NCBI RefSeq assembly: GCF_049686335.1
Contig: NZ_JBAVHX010000006.1
Location: 1,083 to 65,082, forward strand
DNA length: 64,000 nt
Source of the DNA: Buttiauxella sp.
GTDB taxonomy: Bacteria; Pseudomonadota; Gammaproteobacteria; Enterobacterales; Enterobacteriaceae
Reading direction: 5' to 3'
The notes beneath the pieces were generated by a model. It worked only from the letters and a program-made list of their open reading frames with translations. It made no database searches and was not told the origin of the DNA. This document shows positions 29,034-39,371 of the stretch, piece after piece. Position 1 is the stretch's first letter. Each line of letters opens with the position of its first letter. Made by a program: the position numbers and the translations under genes.

Positions 29034-30275
29034 TCAGAATTGTACTGAGAGTTGTAGGCCTGCACCCCAGGTTTTATCCTCGCCAACCGCACCGTTCAAA
29101 TCGATATGAATAATATCGAGCGGAGCAAATCCCACCCCACCTGTAAATACGTTACTGTTGTTGGAAAGCATATCTGCACGATAACCGGCACGTACATCTA
29201 GCCAGAGCAGGGGCGTAATTTCAGCCCCTACGCTCACATATTGCGAGTTACCTTCACTTTTAAAATTTTTAGTTTCCGTTAAGTCTACATCGGTGCTCAG
29301 GGTAGCGATGCTGCTGTGCCAGGCCGCACCCGTAGTGACTAGCGGGCGTATCTGGAAAGTGTCCTTAAAACCATTAATCTCTTTTGTACCGATATCTCGT
29401 GACACCAGGTTTTGCCCGCTCAGTCCCACAGTCCAATGCTGACTAATTTCGGCCGCAACGCCTGCATCGATGTTAAAACCCGCATCAGTATTGCGATACT
29501 GGCTGTCTGTGAAGTTGTCTTTTTGGTATGCGTAAACCGATGTGCTGTAGTTATACAGCCAGGTGTATTGAAATTTAGGCGTTATACCCACTGATACGGG
29601 CACTTCACTAATATCGAATTTGTGCGCGATACTCACGCCATAATCAGAGACGATGGCCGCTCTGCCAAAACCCTTAGAAGTGAAATTGTCCAGGTCATCA
29701 CGGTTAGGGATGACTGTGCCATTTGCAATCCCATCCAGATAATCAAGGTCGCGCTGAGTGATGTCGGAGGTGACTCTTGCGTTACCATACACTTTTGCAA
29801 TAAAAGCAATGGGCAAAGTGCTATTTGGAATACTTACCGCCAACGCACCTCCTGCCTTCCCCTCCGCTGTTTCCCCACGTACATCACGCAATTGCCCGGC
29901 GAGAGCCGCCGCATGGCTCTGTAACTGCTCGTATAGTGAACGGTTGCGTAAAAGTCGTGTTGTAGAAACATCCGCAGAATCAAGATAACGCTCAATAGTG
30001 TTACTGATGCCGTCAATTTTGTTTTGGAGATGGTGAGGGTCCGTCGACAGGACTCCAGCAGAAGGAATGATGACCGCTATACGATCATTCTCCTGCGCTT
30101 GCGCCAGTAATGCCGGGTTTATCAGTGCGGCACTGCTCCAACGGGCCGATGCGATACCTGTACCGCCCATGGCATCGTTACGTGCTTCAGTCCATGTTCC
30201 TGCAGCATGGGCATTATTTTCTATCAATAAAAAAACAACATTCAACACCACCACACTTGATATGATTTTTATCAT
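29034..30275 (-). CDS. TraF_2-like outer-membrane beta-barrel protein
   Basis: Signal peptide, EARNDAMGGTG...NPALL motif, alternating strands, C-terminal Phe. No other conjugation genes present. Confidence 0.75.
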   Translation of the reverse strand: MIKIISSVVVLNVVFLLIENNAHAAGTWTEARNDAMGGTGIASARWSSAALINPALLAQAQENDRIAVIIPSAGVLSTDPHHLQNKIDGISNTIERYLDSADVSTTRLLRNRSLYEQLQSHAAALAGQLRDVRGETAEGKAGGALAVSIPNSTLPIAFIAKVYGNARVTSDITQRDLDYLDGIANGTVIPNRDDLDNFTSKGFGRAAIVSDYGVSIAHKFDISEVPVSVGITPKFQYTWLYNYSTSVYAYQKDNFTDSQYRNTDAGFNIDAGVAAEISQHWTVGLSGQNLVSRDIGTKEINGFKDTFQIRPLVTTGAAWHSSIATLSTDVDLTETKNFKSEGNSQYVSVGAEITPLLWLDVRAGYRADMLSNNSNVFTGGVGFAPLDIIHIDLNGAVGEDKTWGAGLQLSVQF

Positions 30276-30784
30276 TCACAGCCGCCTGTTCAAGTCAGGT
30301 TTACAATTGGCCCCTGGCGGTTGTGAACCATCAGGGGTGGATATTGCACGTGAAGATCATTTTCAAATGGGTGAGCATTGCCCAAAGGTATCCCGTAATA
30401 ATCCAGCCGGGTTATTATTTCTTTATGTCCAATAGAGTTATTTATAGTTTACCGTTCGGCTTTCGTGTAGGAGGCCGGTTACGCGAACGCAAAAATTGCG
30501 AGGGAAGATTGCTTCTGCGGTCATGCAGTATTTTTTCAAAATAGTGTTTTTGGCAGTTTTTCCTTGTTACTTTATGTTCACATAATTTATTGAATATAAA
30601 ACAAATATAATAATTATTGGTTTAAATTCGTTCACCTGTGTTTATGGGGGTTCATGCACATGTGTAGTCTAGTTTGCATATGAACTGATTTTTTTTTGGG
30701 GTCTGATATGGCGGTGGAACGAACAAGTTAGGTGATGCGTAATTACGTAAGATGTATGGCCGAAATAGTCCAGGAGATAATTTT

Positions 30785-31306
30785 ATGCCGCCGCTGCCAC
30801 TGCGATGAATGTCTGCAAATCCACGATGGACAAATGGGTTCGACAACTGAAAGAAGAGCGAGCGGGAAAATCACCCATAGCTTCACCCATGACACCTGAG
30901 CAGATTGAGATACGTGAGTTGAAGAAAAGACTTCAACGCGTTGAAATAGAAAGGGATATATTAAAAAAGCTACCGCGCTCTTGATGTCAGACTCCCTGAA
31001 CAATTCTCATTAGTTGATAAACTCAGGGCGCGGTTTCCTGTTGCTGCTGTGTGCAATGTGTTTGGGGTTCATCGCAGCAGTTATAAATACTGGCGGCAGC
31101 CCAGGAAGCCTGACGCCACGAGAGTGGCATTACTGAGCCTTGTGCGTAAATTTTAGCGAAGCCAGCATAGCGATAACCAATTACATCATGGGATATTACA
31201 GCCAGCTCAGACCTCATCAATATAATGGAGGTCTCACGCCGAATGAATCAGAACGATTGTTCTGGAAAAACGCTAAAGCCGTGGCCAGTTTTTGTTGACC
31301 ACTACA
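30785..31306 (+). mobile_element. IS3-family (IS911-like) remnant with internal deletion
   Basis: orfA-like [37 protein letters not shown]6G slippery site 30963-30969; orfB start VFGVHRSSY joined at ~31148 to the orfB end YYSQLRPHQYNGGLTP; right end GGCCAGTTTTTGTTGACCACTACA; left end not found. Confidence 0.88.
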
Positions 31307-31481
31307 TAACGACATGATTTTTATAATTAAATAACAAGGGGTGAACACTTTTTTATATAAAGTAATTTCTATCTTTTATTCGAAGCATCCAGATTCAGCA
31401 TCGACACTGGCATTATTTATCAATCTAAATCAGTTGTAGGGCGTATGATGGCGTTCTGGACAAGAAGAGAGGCATAGGGAA

Positions 31482-31799
31482 ATGACAGAGCAAGATTTAC
31501 TGGATGCAGGCTTTACCGATAAAGAACTGAAAATACTTAATCAAAATATTGAAGCGGTGAAGGGAGCAACTTACGAATCACTTCTGAGAGACTTATCTAA
31601 GAGATTCTGGGGCGGCGTAATATGCTTATTTTTGATATTGCTTCCAACTTTATCAAGTATCCTTCAGTCTAACCCGTTGGATATGAGTCTTGTTTACACT
31701 AATACTGGAATAATCATTTTTGGGATAATCGTTATCTACTTTGTTATCCCAATGAAACTGGCTATCAAAGCTCGTCAGTATATTAAGCGTTCAGCATAG
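31482..31799 (+). CDS. Small two-TM membrane protein
   Basis: 105 aa, charged N-terminus then two hydrophobic segments; GAGAGG/AGGG upstream. Confidence 0.75.
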   Translation: MTEQDLLDAGFTDKELKILNQNIEAVKGATYESLLRDLSKRFWGGVICLFLILLPTLSSILQSNPLDMSLVYTNTGIIIFGIIVIYFVIPMKLAIKARQYIKRSA

Positions 31800-31811
31800 C
31801 CAGTAGGTATA

Positions 31812-32633
31812 TTAGTTACTGTTGTAAATATCATCTTTACTAGTATAAGTCTTATCTATCACTCTAATTTTATTACCAGTAGAAATAACCTTGAGACTTA
31901 ATGCTGTCTTTCCCATTGTGGTTATTTTCCTCTGGAAATCAGTTGGTAAATAATGAAAAAGTCGCCATGCCTCTGGTTTCAGGAAAAGACCACCTATAAC
32001 GTAAAGTGAAGAACTAAGGTCTAAAACAAGGTAAGCCAGATCACCCGTCTTACGATCAAACCCCATGAACTCCGCCGTTTGCATCGTTTTTTCTCGGATC
32101 CATCCAGTGGGTTTTTTATCTCCTTGTATTTTTTGTACATTCTCTTGAACAGTATTGATGCCTGTTAAAACAAGCGTCGCTCCTGCAAGAACACCAATCA
32201 CATTACCTGATGCCAGAGAAGCAGCAGCCACAGTGACTCCGGTTATGACCTGAACCCCTCCAAGAACAATAGCGATCCCGTCAATGATATAGCTAATTGT
32301 TTTTTCATGTCTTTCGAAGGTAGCCGTGGCATAAATTTTTGCCTCCCCCATAGACAGCATAAAATCTTGCTTTGACAGGTTTTCCATTTCTTCCTTGATG
32401 AATTGCATTGCCTGTTTTCGATCTTCCCGGCTTCTGGATGTAGCAAAGACATCCAGATTGTGTCTGGCAAATGATTCAACTGACGATACAAACTGAATGC
32501 GTAACATGATGTCCTGAATATAGCGTTCTGCCAGTGAGCGGGCCTGAGCTATTAAGCTCTCACATTCAATGCTTCCCATTGCCCGATAATACCGCTCATC
32601 CCTCTTGGCATTTGAACCTAAATAATCATCCAT
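31812..32633 (-). CDS. DUF4225-like protein with Gly-rich hydrophobic hairpin
   Basis: Start set at ATG 32633 (AAGGA upstream); GIAIVLGGVQVITGVTVAAASLASGNVIGVLAGATLVLTG; KPEAWRLFHYL motif (family recalled, not searched). Confidence 0.7.
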   Translation of the reverse strand: MDDYLGSNAKRDERYYRAMGSIECESLIAQARSLAERYIQDIMLRIQFVSSVESFARHNLDVFATSRSREDRKQAMQFIKEEMENLSKQDFMLSMGEAKIYATATFERHEKTISYIIDGIAIVLGGVQVITGVTVAAASLASGNVIGVLAGATLVLTGINTVQENVQKIQGDKKPTGWIREKTMQTAEFMGFDRKTGDLAYLVLDLSSSLYVIGGLFLKPEAWRLFHYLPTDFQRKITTMGKTALSLKVISTGNKIRVIDKTYTSKDDIYNSN

Positions 32634-32913
32634 TTGGTTTTCCTTATTGATTAATGACACAAGAAAAATACGCCAAATATCCATGAACTAAAATGATGGG
32701 AAATCATTTGTATGGTTTCATACAGAATTGTGATTATTAATATCTGCCGTTAAATAAATTTTTGCCCTTGTGCGCTCTAATTTTTACTTTTATGTCTCAT
32801 GCCACACATTGTAGATAAAAACCGTCACGTTAATTGCCCAAAACACATCAATTAAGACTACCATTGCGTTTTATGAAATTATGTTTGTTTCGCTCATCAC
32901 AATGAGGTGAAGT

Positions 32914-33105
32914 ATGCCAGCGCCCCGCAACTCAACCGCCGTACTGATTAACCGTGACCAGCTTTAGCAAATCCGCCAGATACAGGAACTGGAGCGCCAG
33001 CGCTCCGGGATCGGCGCTTGCCCGTCCATTCATACCGTGGCGCGAAGCCTGATTGATTCAGCGCTGGAACAACGTAAGCAGGCAGGAAAAAGCAATAAAC
33101 GTTGA
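32914..33105 (+). pseudogene. Small phage-satellite-type gene with premature TAG
   Basis: GAGGTG RBS; MPAPRNSTAVLINRDQL*QIRQIQELERQRSGIGACPSIHTVARSLIDSALE; stop at 32965-32967; missed by the ORF track. Confidence 0.55.
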
Positions 33106-33159
33106 TAAATCGGTATTGCATCAGTAATTAGCGGCTATTCGAGCTGAAAGGTATTAATG

Positions 33160-33368
33160 GCTAGCATCCGGGAAAGCGGAGCCGGTAAGCGTCAGGCATT
33201 GCCCGCGCCAGGTTGGAGGGGGTTCATTGTGGCCGTCCGGCTTTTGAGCACGGCGAACTGATTGCTGATTTGTGGGCGCAGGGGATGAGTTACCCGCAGA
33301 TATCAGCGGAGCTGGTGGGCCGTGGAATCAAGGCGGGGAAAACTACCGTTTACAGCTTTAAAAGGTAA
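33160..33368 (+). pseudogene. Serine recombinase (resolvase) C-terminal remnant
   Basis: SGIARARLEGVHCGRPAFEHGELIADLWAQGMSYPQISAELVGRGIKAGKTTVYSFKR* (33192-33368): GxARAR..G...GRP linker plus HTH; upstream part frameshifted or lost. Confidence 0.7.
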
Positions 33369-33447
33369 CAGGGGCAGAGCGGAAAATATTTGTCATTGTC
33401 CCGGCTCGTTTATCTCGATGTGTAGTCTATGGTGTAGTCATTTCATT

Positions 33448-33484
33448 AAAAAAGGCGCTTCCCCATGCCGAGTAGCGCCTTTTT
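33448..33484 (-). terminator. fis terminator
   Basis: AAAAAGGCGCT-14 nt-AGCGCCTTTTT downstream of the fis stop. Confidence 0.75.
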
Positions 33485-33508
33485 AAACAACAAGTTAACT
33501 GATTAGTA

Positions 33509-33805
33509 TCAGTTCATGCCGTATTTTTTCAATTTCTTACGCAGCGTGCCACGGTTGATGCCCATCATCAGGGCAGCGCGGGTTTGGTTGCCACGGGTGT
33601 ATTGCATCACCATGTCCAACAATGGCTGCTCTACTTCAGCCAATACCAGCTCATACAGATCATTAACATCCTGACCATTCAGTTGAGCAAAATAGTTCTT
33701 CAGTGCCTGTTTCACGGAGTCACGCAGAGGTTTTTGGGTAACCTGATCCTGTGAGTTAACGGTTGAAACGGTTAGTACGTCAGAATTTACGCGTTGTTCG
33801 AACAT
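33509..33805 (-). CDS. fis: Nucleoid protein Fis
   Basis: [13 protein letters not shown]...[27 protein letters not shown], 98 aa. Confidence 0.99.
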
Positions 33806-33830
33806 AGTTCTGTCAGCTCTTTATTTCTAA

Positions 33831-34796
33831 TTACGCAAGATTTTCGAAGTATGCCTCCAACGCCTCAAGCTGTTCGCTTGCATCCTCAATGGCGTTGAAT
33901 GTGCGCCGAAACTGGTCATTTGGAGCGTGTTCCTGTAGGTACCAGGAAACGTGTTTACGAGCAATTCGGTATCCCTTTGCATGACCATAAAAGTCATGAA
34001 GTTCCCCAATGTGTCCGCAAAGTAAGCGCTTCACCTCTGCCAGAGGCAGTGGAGGAAGCAGCTCTCCAGTGTCCAGATAATACTGGATTTCCCGAAAGAT
34101 CCAGGGTCTTCCCTGAGCCGCACGTCCTATCATCAGAGCATCAGCCCCTGTATAGTCAAGCACAGCTCTGGCTTTAAGCGGGTCAGTAATGTCACCATTC
34201 GCGATTACCGGAATGGAAACTTTCTGCTTAACTGCCCGAATGCTGTCGTATTCAGCATCTCCCTGAAATAAACAGGCGCGGGTGCGTCCATGAATTGTCA
34301 GAGCCTGAATGCCACAGTCTTCAGCCAGTTGGGCAATCTCTTCACAGTTACGGTGCGCCGTATCCCAGCCAGTGCGAATCTTCAACGTAACAGGCACGTC
34401 AACTGCGTTAATCACCGTCGTCAGGATAGACTTCACCAGACTTGGGTATTGCAGCAGAGCGGAACCCGCCAGTTTGCGATTCACTTTCTTCGCCGGGCAT
34501 CCCATATTGATATCAATAATCTGGGCGCCATTAGCCACATTAATGCGTGCGGCCTCTGCCATCTCATCAGGGTCACTACCGGCAATTTGCACGGTGCGAA
34601 TTCCTGGTTCATTCACGTGCACCATTCGTAAACGTGATTTATCACTCGCCCAAACTTCAGGGTTAGATGACATCATCTCGGAAACAGTCAGTCCCGCTCC
34701 CATCTCGTAACACAGCGTCCTGAATGGTCTGTCAGTGATGCCAGCCATAGGTGCTGCAATCAGTCGATTTCTGAGCTGGTGTTGTCCAATGCGCAT
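33831..34796 (-). CDS. dusB: tRNA-dihydrouridine synthase B
   Basis: [14 protein letters not shown] motifs; 321 aa; upstream of fis. Confidence 0.98.
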   Translation of the reverse strand: MRIGQHQLRNRLIAAPMAGITDRPFRTLCYEMGAGLTVSEMMSSNPEVWASDKSRLRMVHVNEPGIRTVQIAGSDPDEMAEAARINVANGAQIIDINMGCPAKKVNRKLAGSALLQYPSLVKSILTTVINAVDVPVTLKIRTGWDTAHRNCEEIAQLAEDCGIQALTIHGRTRACLFQGDAEYDSIRAVKQKVSIPVIANGDITDPLKARAVLDYTGADALMIGRAAQGRPWIFREIQYYLDTGELLPPLPLAEVKRLLCGHIGELHDFYGHAKGYRIARKHVSWYLQEHAPNDQFRRTFNAIEDASEQLEALEAYFENLA

Positions 34797-34826
34797 GAGT
34801 TAAGAAATGACCATACTTGCCTGCAA

Positions 34827-34862
34827 GGCGGCGTATATTACGCATTTTTAGCCAGAGATGAA
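34827..34862 (-). promoter_or_regulatory. dusB-fis promoter with GC-rich discriminator
   Basis: TTCATC (34862-34857), 16-bp spacer, TAATAT (34840-34835), then ACGCCGCC, as in the E. coli fis promoter. Confidence 0.85.
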
Positions 34863-35197
34863 AGGCCAAACTTTGAACAATCAGCTGTCGTAGATCAATG
34901 AATCCTCATCCCGCACACTGACATAAATAAATTAATCATTAAATTCAATGTATTGCGTGATATTGGTTGATTTGTGCGCTTTTATATTTTCGCCATAAAC
35001 AGTGGTAATTCATGATTATTAGCGTGATAGATACCCGATAAAGTGCTGGTAAAATCACCAAAATCAGTGTTTTTCTGCGATCAGCATCTCATTTTGTTGC
35101 GATATATCACTGTGATGAATTGTTCTGCAGGGCATGAAGATGGGTGAGATTGTGATTCAGTAACGTGGTCAAAGACCACATTACTGAAGTACTATTT

Positions 35198-36079
35198 TTA
35201 ACGTTTGATACCGGTAATTCGGCACCATTCTTCTTTTTCGGCAACAGGATCGAGGGTGAATTTATCCTGATACGCTGCACAAACCCCTTCAGCCTGGCTC
35301 GCCAGAACACCAGAAAGTCCAAGGAAACCGCCCTGAACTGGCAGCACGCTGATTAACGGTGCTAACTCACGTAATGGGCCGGCCAGGATATTTGCGACCA
35401 CGACATCGGCGCTCATGGCTTCTGGCTGGTCTTGAGGTAAATACAGTTCCAGGCGGTCAGAAACACCATTGCGCTCTGCGTTATCACGGCTGGCCAGAAT
35501 GGCTTGCGGGTCGATATCAATACCAATCGCTTTGGCCGCGCCCAATTTCAGCGCAGCAATCGCAAGGATCCCTGAGCCACAACCGAAATCGATGACCGTT
35601 TTACCTTCCAGATCCAGGCCATCAAGCCATTCAAGGCATAACGATGTGGTTGGGTGAGTCCCGGTACCAAACGCCAGACCCGGATCGAGCATCACGTTCA
35701 CCGCAGTGGCATCAGGCACATCACGCCAGCTTGGACAAATCCACAGGCGCTTACCGAAACGCATTGGGTGGAAGTTATCCATCCATTCACGTTCCCAGTC
35801 TTTGTCTTCCAGCTGTTCGATTTTGTGCGGGAAACCCACGCTCAGAAGCGGGCAATTTTCGAGGATTGCGACCACTTCCTTCATGTCTGTTTCAGCGTCG
35901 TACAGGCCAATCACATCGGTATCGCCCCATAAGCGGGTTTCGCCCGGTAATGGCTCGAATACTGGTGTGTCATGGGTGTCCTGAAAGGTAACGGAAACCG
36001 CACCGCTTTCGATCAGCGCATCGCCGAGTTCTTCAGCGTTTGCGCCGGAGGTATTAATTTTCAGTTGGATCCATGGCAT
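35198..36079 (-). CDS. prmA: Ribosomal protein L11 methyltransferase
   Basis: [21 protein letters not shown] motifs; 293 aa. Confidence 0.98.
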   Translation of the reverse strand: MPWIQLKINTSGANAEELGDALIESGAVSVTFQDTHDTPVFEPLPGETRLWGDTDVIGLYDAETDMKEVVAILENCPLLSVGFPHKIEQLEDKDWEREWMDNFHPMRFGKRLWICPSWRDVPDATAVNVMLDPGLAFGTGTHPTTSLCLEWLDGLDLEGKTVIDFGCGSGILAIAALKLGAAKAIGIDIDPQAILASRDNAERNGVSDRLELYLPQDQPEAMSADVVVANILAGPLRELAPLISVLPVQGGFLGLSGVLASQAEGVCAAYQDKFTLDPVAEKEEWCRITGIKR

Positions 36080-36090
36080 AGCGAAACTCT

Positions 36091-37545
36091 TTATTTATCA
36101 GTAGTTGAAACGAGTGCTGGAACAGGCAGTGGCTGACCAAAACGGTTGCCCACCAGGAACGCCAGCAAACTTAGTAATAAGGATGGCACAATGGGGTGGA
36201 AGCCCAGCAACTGGATATTGAAGCTCGCCAGCACGGCATACAGCCCGCCACCCACAATCATCGCGCTCAGCGCACCCGCAGCATTAGCACGTTCCCAATA
36301 CAGGCCCAATACCAGTGGCCACAGGAATACCGCTTCAAGCCCGCCAAATGCCAGCAAGTTCAGCCAGATAATCATCTCTGGTGGACGCCAGGCGGCAAGC
36401 AGCAGTAACGCGCCGAGAATCAGCGTAATCACCGAGGACATTCTTTTCAGACGCCTTTCGTTGTGGATCTGTTCCGGGCGCATATTCAGATAAAGATCTT
36501 TGACGATCGTAGCGGATGATTGCAGCAATTGGGCATTAATTGTCGACATAATTGCCGCCATCGGCGCCGCCAGGAAAATCCCCGCCGCGATAGGGGGCAA
36601 CACGGTGACCATCAGTGTTGGGATAACCAGATCCGGCACTTTCAAATCGGGTATGACTGCGCGGCCTAACGCCCCCGCCAGGTGCATACCAAACATCAGA
36701 ATCGCGACCACAATCGTGCCGAGGATAATGCCACGATGCACGGCTTTGCTGTCTTTATAAGAGATGCAGCGCACCGCGGTGTGAGGCAAACCAATCACTC
36801 CGAAACAGACCAGCACCCAGAAGGAGGTCATAAACGTCGGCGACAGAATGTCATCTGCACCCTGCGGTGAAACCAGTTTAGGATTGATATGCTGGAGCGT
36901 ATCTACCGCGTTATGCAATCCGCCTGCCGCATGTACGATGCCAACTAACAGCAGAATCGTACCAATTAACATCACCATTCCTTGCATTGCGTCATTGAGC
37001 ACGCTGGCACGGAAGCCGCCAAAAGCAGTGTAAAGCGCGATACTGATGCCGAAAATCAACAGGCCCGTTTCGTAGGGAATACCCGCCGCCGTCTCAAGCA
37101 GGCGCGCACCACCGATGAACTGCACGGTCATTGCGCCAACAAAAGCCACTAACAAGCTAATGCTTGCCAGCCACACCAGCAGGCGGCTTTGATAACGCGC
37201 GTACAACATGTCATTGAGCGTCACCGCATTATAACGACGCGCAAGAATGGCGAATTTTTTCCCCAGAATTCCCAGTGACAGCCACACCGCCGGGAGCTGA
37301 ATCATCGCCAGCAATACCCAGCCAAGCCCATATTTGTATGCAGCCCCTGGCCCGCCGATAAACGAACTGGCGCTGATGTAGGTTGCGGTGAGAGTCATCG
37401 CCAGTACGAATCCGCCCATTGAGCGACTGCCGAGGAAATATTCGTTGAGGAAATTCCCCGTCGTGCGGCGTTTCATGGCGTACATAGAAATGCCAAAAAC
37501 CACCAGCAGGTAAGCTACCAGCGGCAGAATGACTTCAAGCTGCAT
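36091..37545 (-). CDS. panF: Sodium/pantothenate symporter
   Basis: SSS-family; start corrected to MQLEVILP at 37545. Confidence 0.96.
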   Translation of the reverse strand: MQLEVILPLVAYLLVVFGISMYAMKRRTTGNFLNEYFLGSRSMGGFVLAMTLTATYISASSFIGGPGAAYKYGLGWVLLAMIQLPAVWLSLGILGKKFAILARRYNAVTLNDMLYARYQSRLLVWLASISLLVAFVGAMTVQFIGGARLLETAAGIPYETGLLIFGISIALYTAFGGFRASVLNDAMQGMVMLIGTILLLVGIVHAAGGLHNAVDTLQHINPKLVSPQGADDILSPTFMTSFWVLVCFGVIGLPHTAVRCISYKDSKAVHRGIILGTIVVAILMFGMHLAGALGRAVIPDLKVPDLVIPTLMVTVLPPIAAGIFLAAPMAAIMSTINAQLLQSSATIVKDLYLNMRPEQIHNERRLKRMSSVITLILGALLLLAAWRPPEMIIWLNLLAFGGLEAVFLWPLVLGLYWERANAAGALSAMIVGGGLYAVLASFNIQLLGFHPIVPSLLLSLLAFLVGNRFGQPLPVPALVSTTDK

Positions 37546-37777
37546 GATCATCCTCCAGAGGAATATCACGGAAGATAAATTTCACCATCGCCCAGCATAG
37601 TAAAATGAACAGCAAAGGTACCAGCAAACAGGCCATTTCAAACCAGTGCGGTAGGCCTGTAGGGCCAATCTCATTACCAGGTAAGTAAGCGGCCACTAAC
37701 CATGCTGCAAGATAGAGAAGGGTTAGCCAAAGTGCCCAGCGGGCTTCTTTATTGGCCTGAACAAAACGCGCGTCCAT
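37535..37777 (-). CDS. yhdT: DUF997 membrane protein
   Basis: MDARFVQANKEARWAL, 80 aa; overlaps the panF start. Confidence 0.92.
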   Translation of the reverse strand: MDARFVQANKEARWALWLTLLYLAAWLVAAYLPGNEIGPTGLPHWFEMACLLVPLLFILLCWAMVKFIFRDIPLEDDHAA

Positions 37778-37844
37778 TATTGTCCCTTGAGTTAGCGGAA
37801 AGCGGCGATTGTAACGCATAGCGGCGGGATGGGGATCAAAAAAG

Positions 37845-37868
37845 AAAAAGGCCGGAAACCGGCCTTTT
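37845..37868 (-). terminator. accBC terminator
   Basis: AAAAGGCCGG-aaa-CCGGCCTTTT with a U tract on the minus strand. Confidence 0.8.
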
Positions 37869-37994
37869 ATACCCATAATCCTTCAAGTTGCAGGGGTGTT
37901 GGCTGCAATCACTTACCCGAATCACTTACTTAAGTAAGCTCATCGGGATAAGCTCTTTTGCCGCCTACCTGCAACCCGAATGCTAACGGGTATC
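37868..37994. repeat. ERIC/IRU element copy 1 (127 bp)
   Basis: TATACCC...GGGTAT ends; core CACCCGAATCACTTAC-N4-GTAAGCTCATCGGGA (here TACCCGA) resembling ERIC primer sites. Confidence 0.9.
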
Positions 37995-38014
37995 ACGATG
38001 TCACTTAAGAAAAC

Positions 38015-39361
38015 TTAGTCTTGAAGACCCAGTTTCTTCTCCAGATAGTGGATGTTAGTCCCACCATGCTGGAAGTTTTCATCGTTCATAATGCGAGTCT
38101 GCAAATCAACGTTGGTTTTAATGCCATCGATGATCAGCTCAGCCAACGCATTTTTCATACGAGAAATCGCAACTTCGCGGGTTTCACCGTAGCAGATCAG
38201 TTTGCCAATCATGGAATCATAATACGGCGGTACAGTGTAGCCGGCGTAAATGTGTGATTCCCAACGCACACCAAAACCACCTGGCGCATGGAAGCGTGTG
38301 ATTTTGCCTGGGCTTGGCAGGAAGGTGTTCGGGTCTTCGGCGTTGATACGGCACTCTACCGCGTGGCCTTTAACATGAACGTCTTCTTGCTTAATGGACA
38401 GTGGCTGACCCGCAGCAATACGCAGCTGTTCTTTAATCAGGTCAACGCCGGTGATCATTTCTGTTACCGGGTGCTCAACCTGAATACGGGTGTTCATTTC
38501 AATGAAGTAGAACTCGCCGTTTTCGAACAGGAACTCGAAAGTACCTGCGCCGCGATAGTTGATATCAACACACGCTTTAGCACAGCGTTCGCCGATGAAT
38601 TTACGCAGTTCAGGCGTGATGCCTGGTGCTGGCGCTTCTTCAACAACTTTCTGGTGACGACGCTGCATGGAGCAGTCACGTTCTGCCAGATAAATCGCTT
38701 TGCCCTGGCCATCAGCCAACACCTGAATCTCGATGTGGCGTGGGTTTTCCAGGTACTTTTCCATATAGACCATGTCGTTGTTGAAAGCAGCTTTTGCTTC
38801 CGCACGGGTCATATTAATGGATTGTTCCAGATCGGCATCGCTACGTACGACACGCATACCACGACCGCCGCCGCCGCCGGACGCTTTGATAATTACCGGG
38901 TAACCGATGCGTTTAGCATGGGCACGGTTTTTATCCATATCGTCATTCAGCGGGCCGTCAGAACCTGGTACGCAGGGTACGCCAGCTTTCTTCATTGCGT
39001 TGATAGCAGAAACTTTATCGCCCATCAGACGGATAGTTTCAGCACGCGGGCCAATGAAGATGAAGCCTGAACGCTCAACTTGCTCAGCAAAGTTGGCGTT
39101 TTCAGACAAGAAGCCATAACCCGGGTGAATCGCAACCGCACCAGTAATTTCTGCTGCAGAGATGATTGCCGGGATATTCAGATAGCTTTTGACAGACGGA
39201 GCCGGACCGATACAAACGGTTTCATCTGCCAGTAATACGTGTTTTAAATCGCGATCCGCAGTGGAGTGCACGGCGACAGTCTTGATGCCCAGTTCTTTAC
39301 AGGCACGAAGAATACGCAGTGCAATCTCGCCACGGTTAGCGATGACAATTTTATCCAACAT
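38015..39361 (-). CDS. accC: Biotin carboxylase
   Basis: Start corrected to [14 protein letters not shown] at 39361. Confidence 0.98.
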   Translation of the reverse strand: MLDKIVIANRGEIALRILRACKELGIKTVAVHSTADRDLKHVLLADETVCIGPAPSVKSYLNIPAIISAAEITGAVAIHPGYGFLSENANFAEQVERSGFIFIGPRAETIRLMGDKVSAINAMKKAGVPCVPGSDGPLNDDMDKNRAHAKRIGYPVIIKASGGGGGRGMRVVRSDADLEQSINMTRAEAKAAFNNDMVYMEKYLENPRHIEIQVLADGQGKAIYLAERDCSMQRRHQKVVEEAPAPGITPELRKFIGERCAKACVDINYRGAGTFEFLFENGEFYFIEMNTRIQVEHPVTEMITGVDLIKEQLRIAAGQPLSIKQEDVHVKGHAVECRINAEDPNTFLPSPGKITRFHAPGGFGVRWESHIYAGYTVPPYYDSMIGKLICYGETREVAISRMKNALAELIIDGIKTNVDLQTRIMNDENFQHGGTNIHYLEKKLGLQD

Positions 39362-39371
39362 AATCGCCTCG

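Larger units (their letters stand above)
30660..33439. mobile_element. Decayed integrative element adjacent to the fis terminator
   Basis: Bracketed by 12-bp direct repeat ATGTGTAGTCTA (30660-30671, 33418-33429); contains IS, resolvase and satellite-like pseudogenes. Confidence 0.5.
4560..33440. mobile_element. Accessory region/genomic island between yhdV and fis (capsule locus + decayed element); boundaries approximate
   Basis: Interrupts backbone synteny. Strongly heterogeneous GC (spot counts: 11/60 G+C at 15121-15180, 41/60 at 26581-26640). IS and resolvase remnants present. No intact integrase and no terminal direct repeat found. Confidence 0.65.

Noticed and set aside
29034..30275. Conjugative element implied by a TraF-like gene
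   Set aside because: No other tra/trb, relaxase or coupling-protein genes in the window.
32707..32725. LexA/SOS box upstream of the DUF4225-like gene
   Set aside because: TTG-N12-CAG does not fit CTG-N10-CAG.
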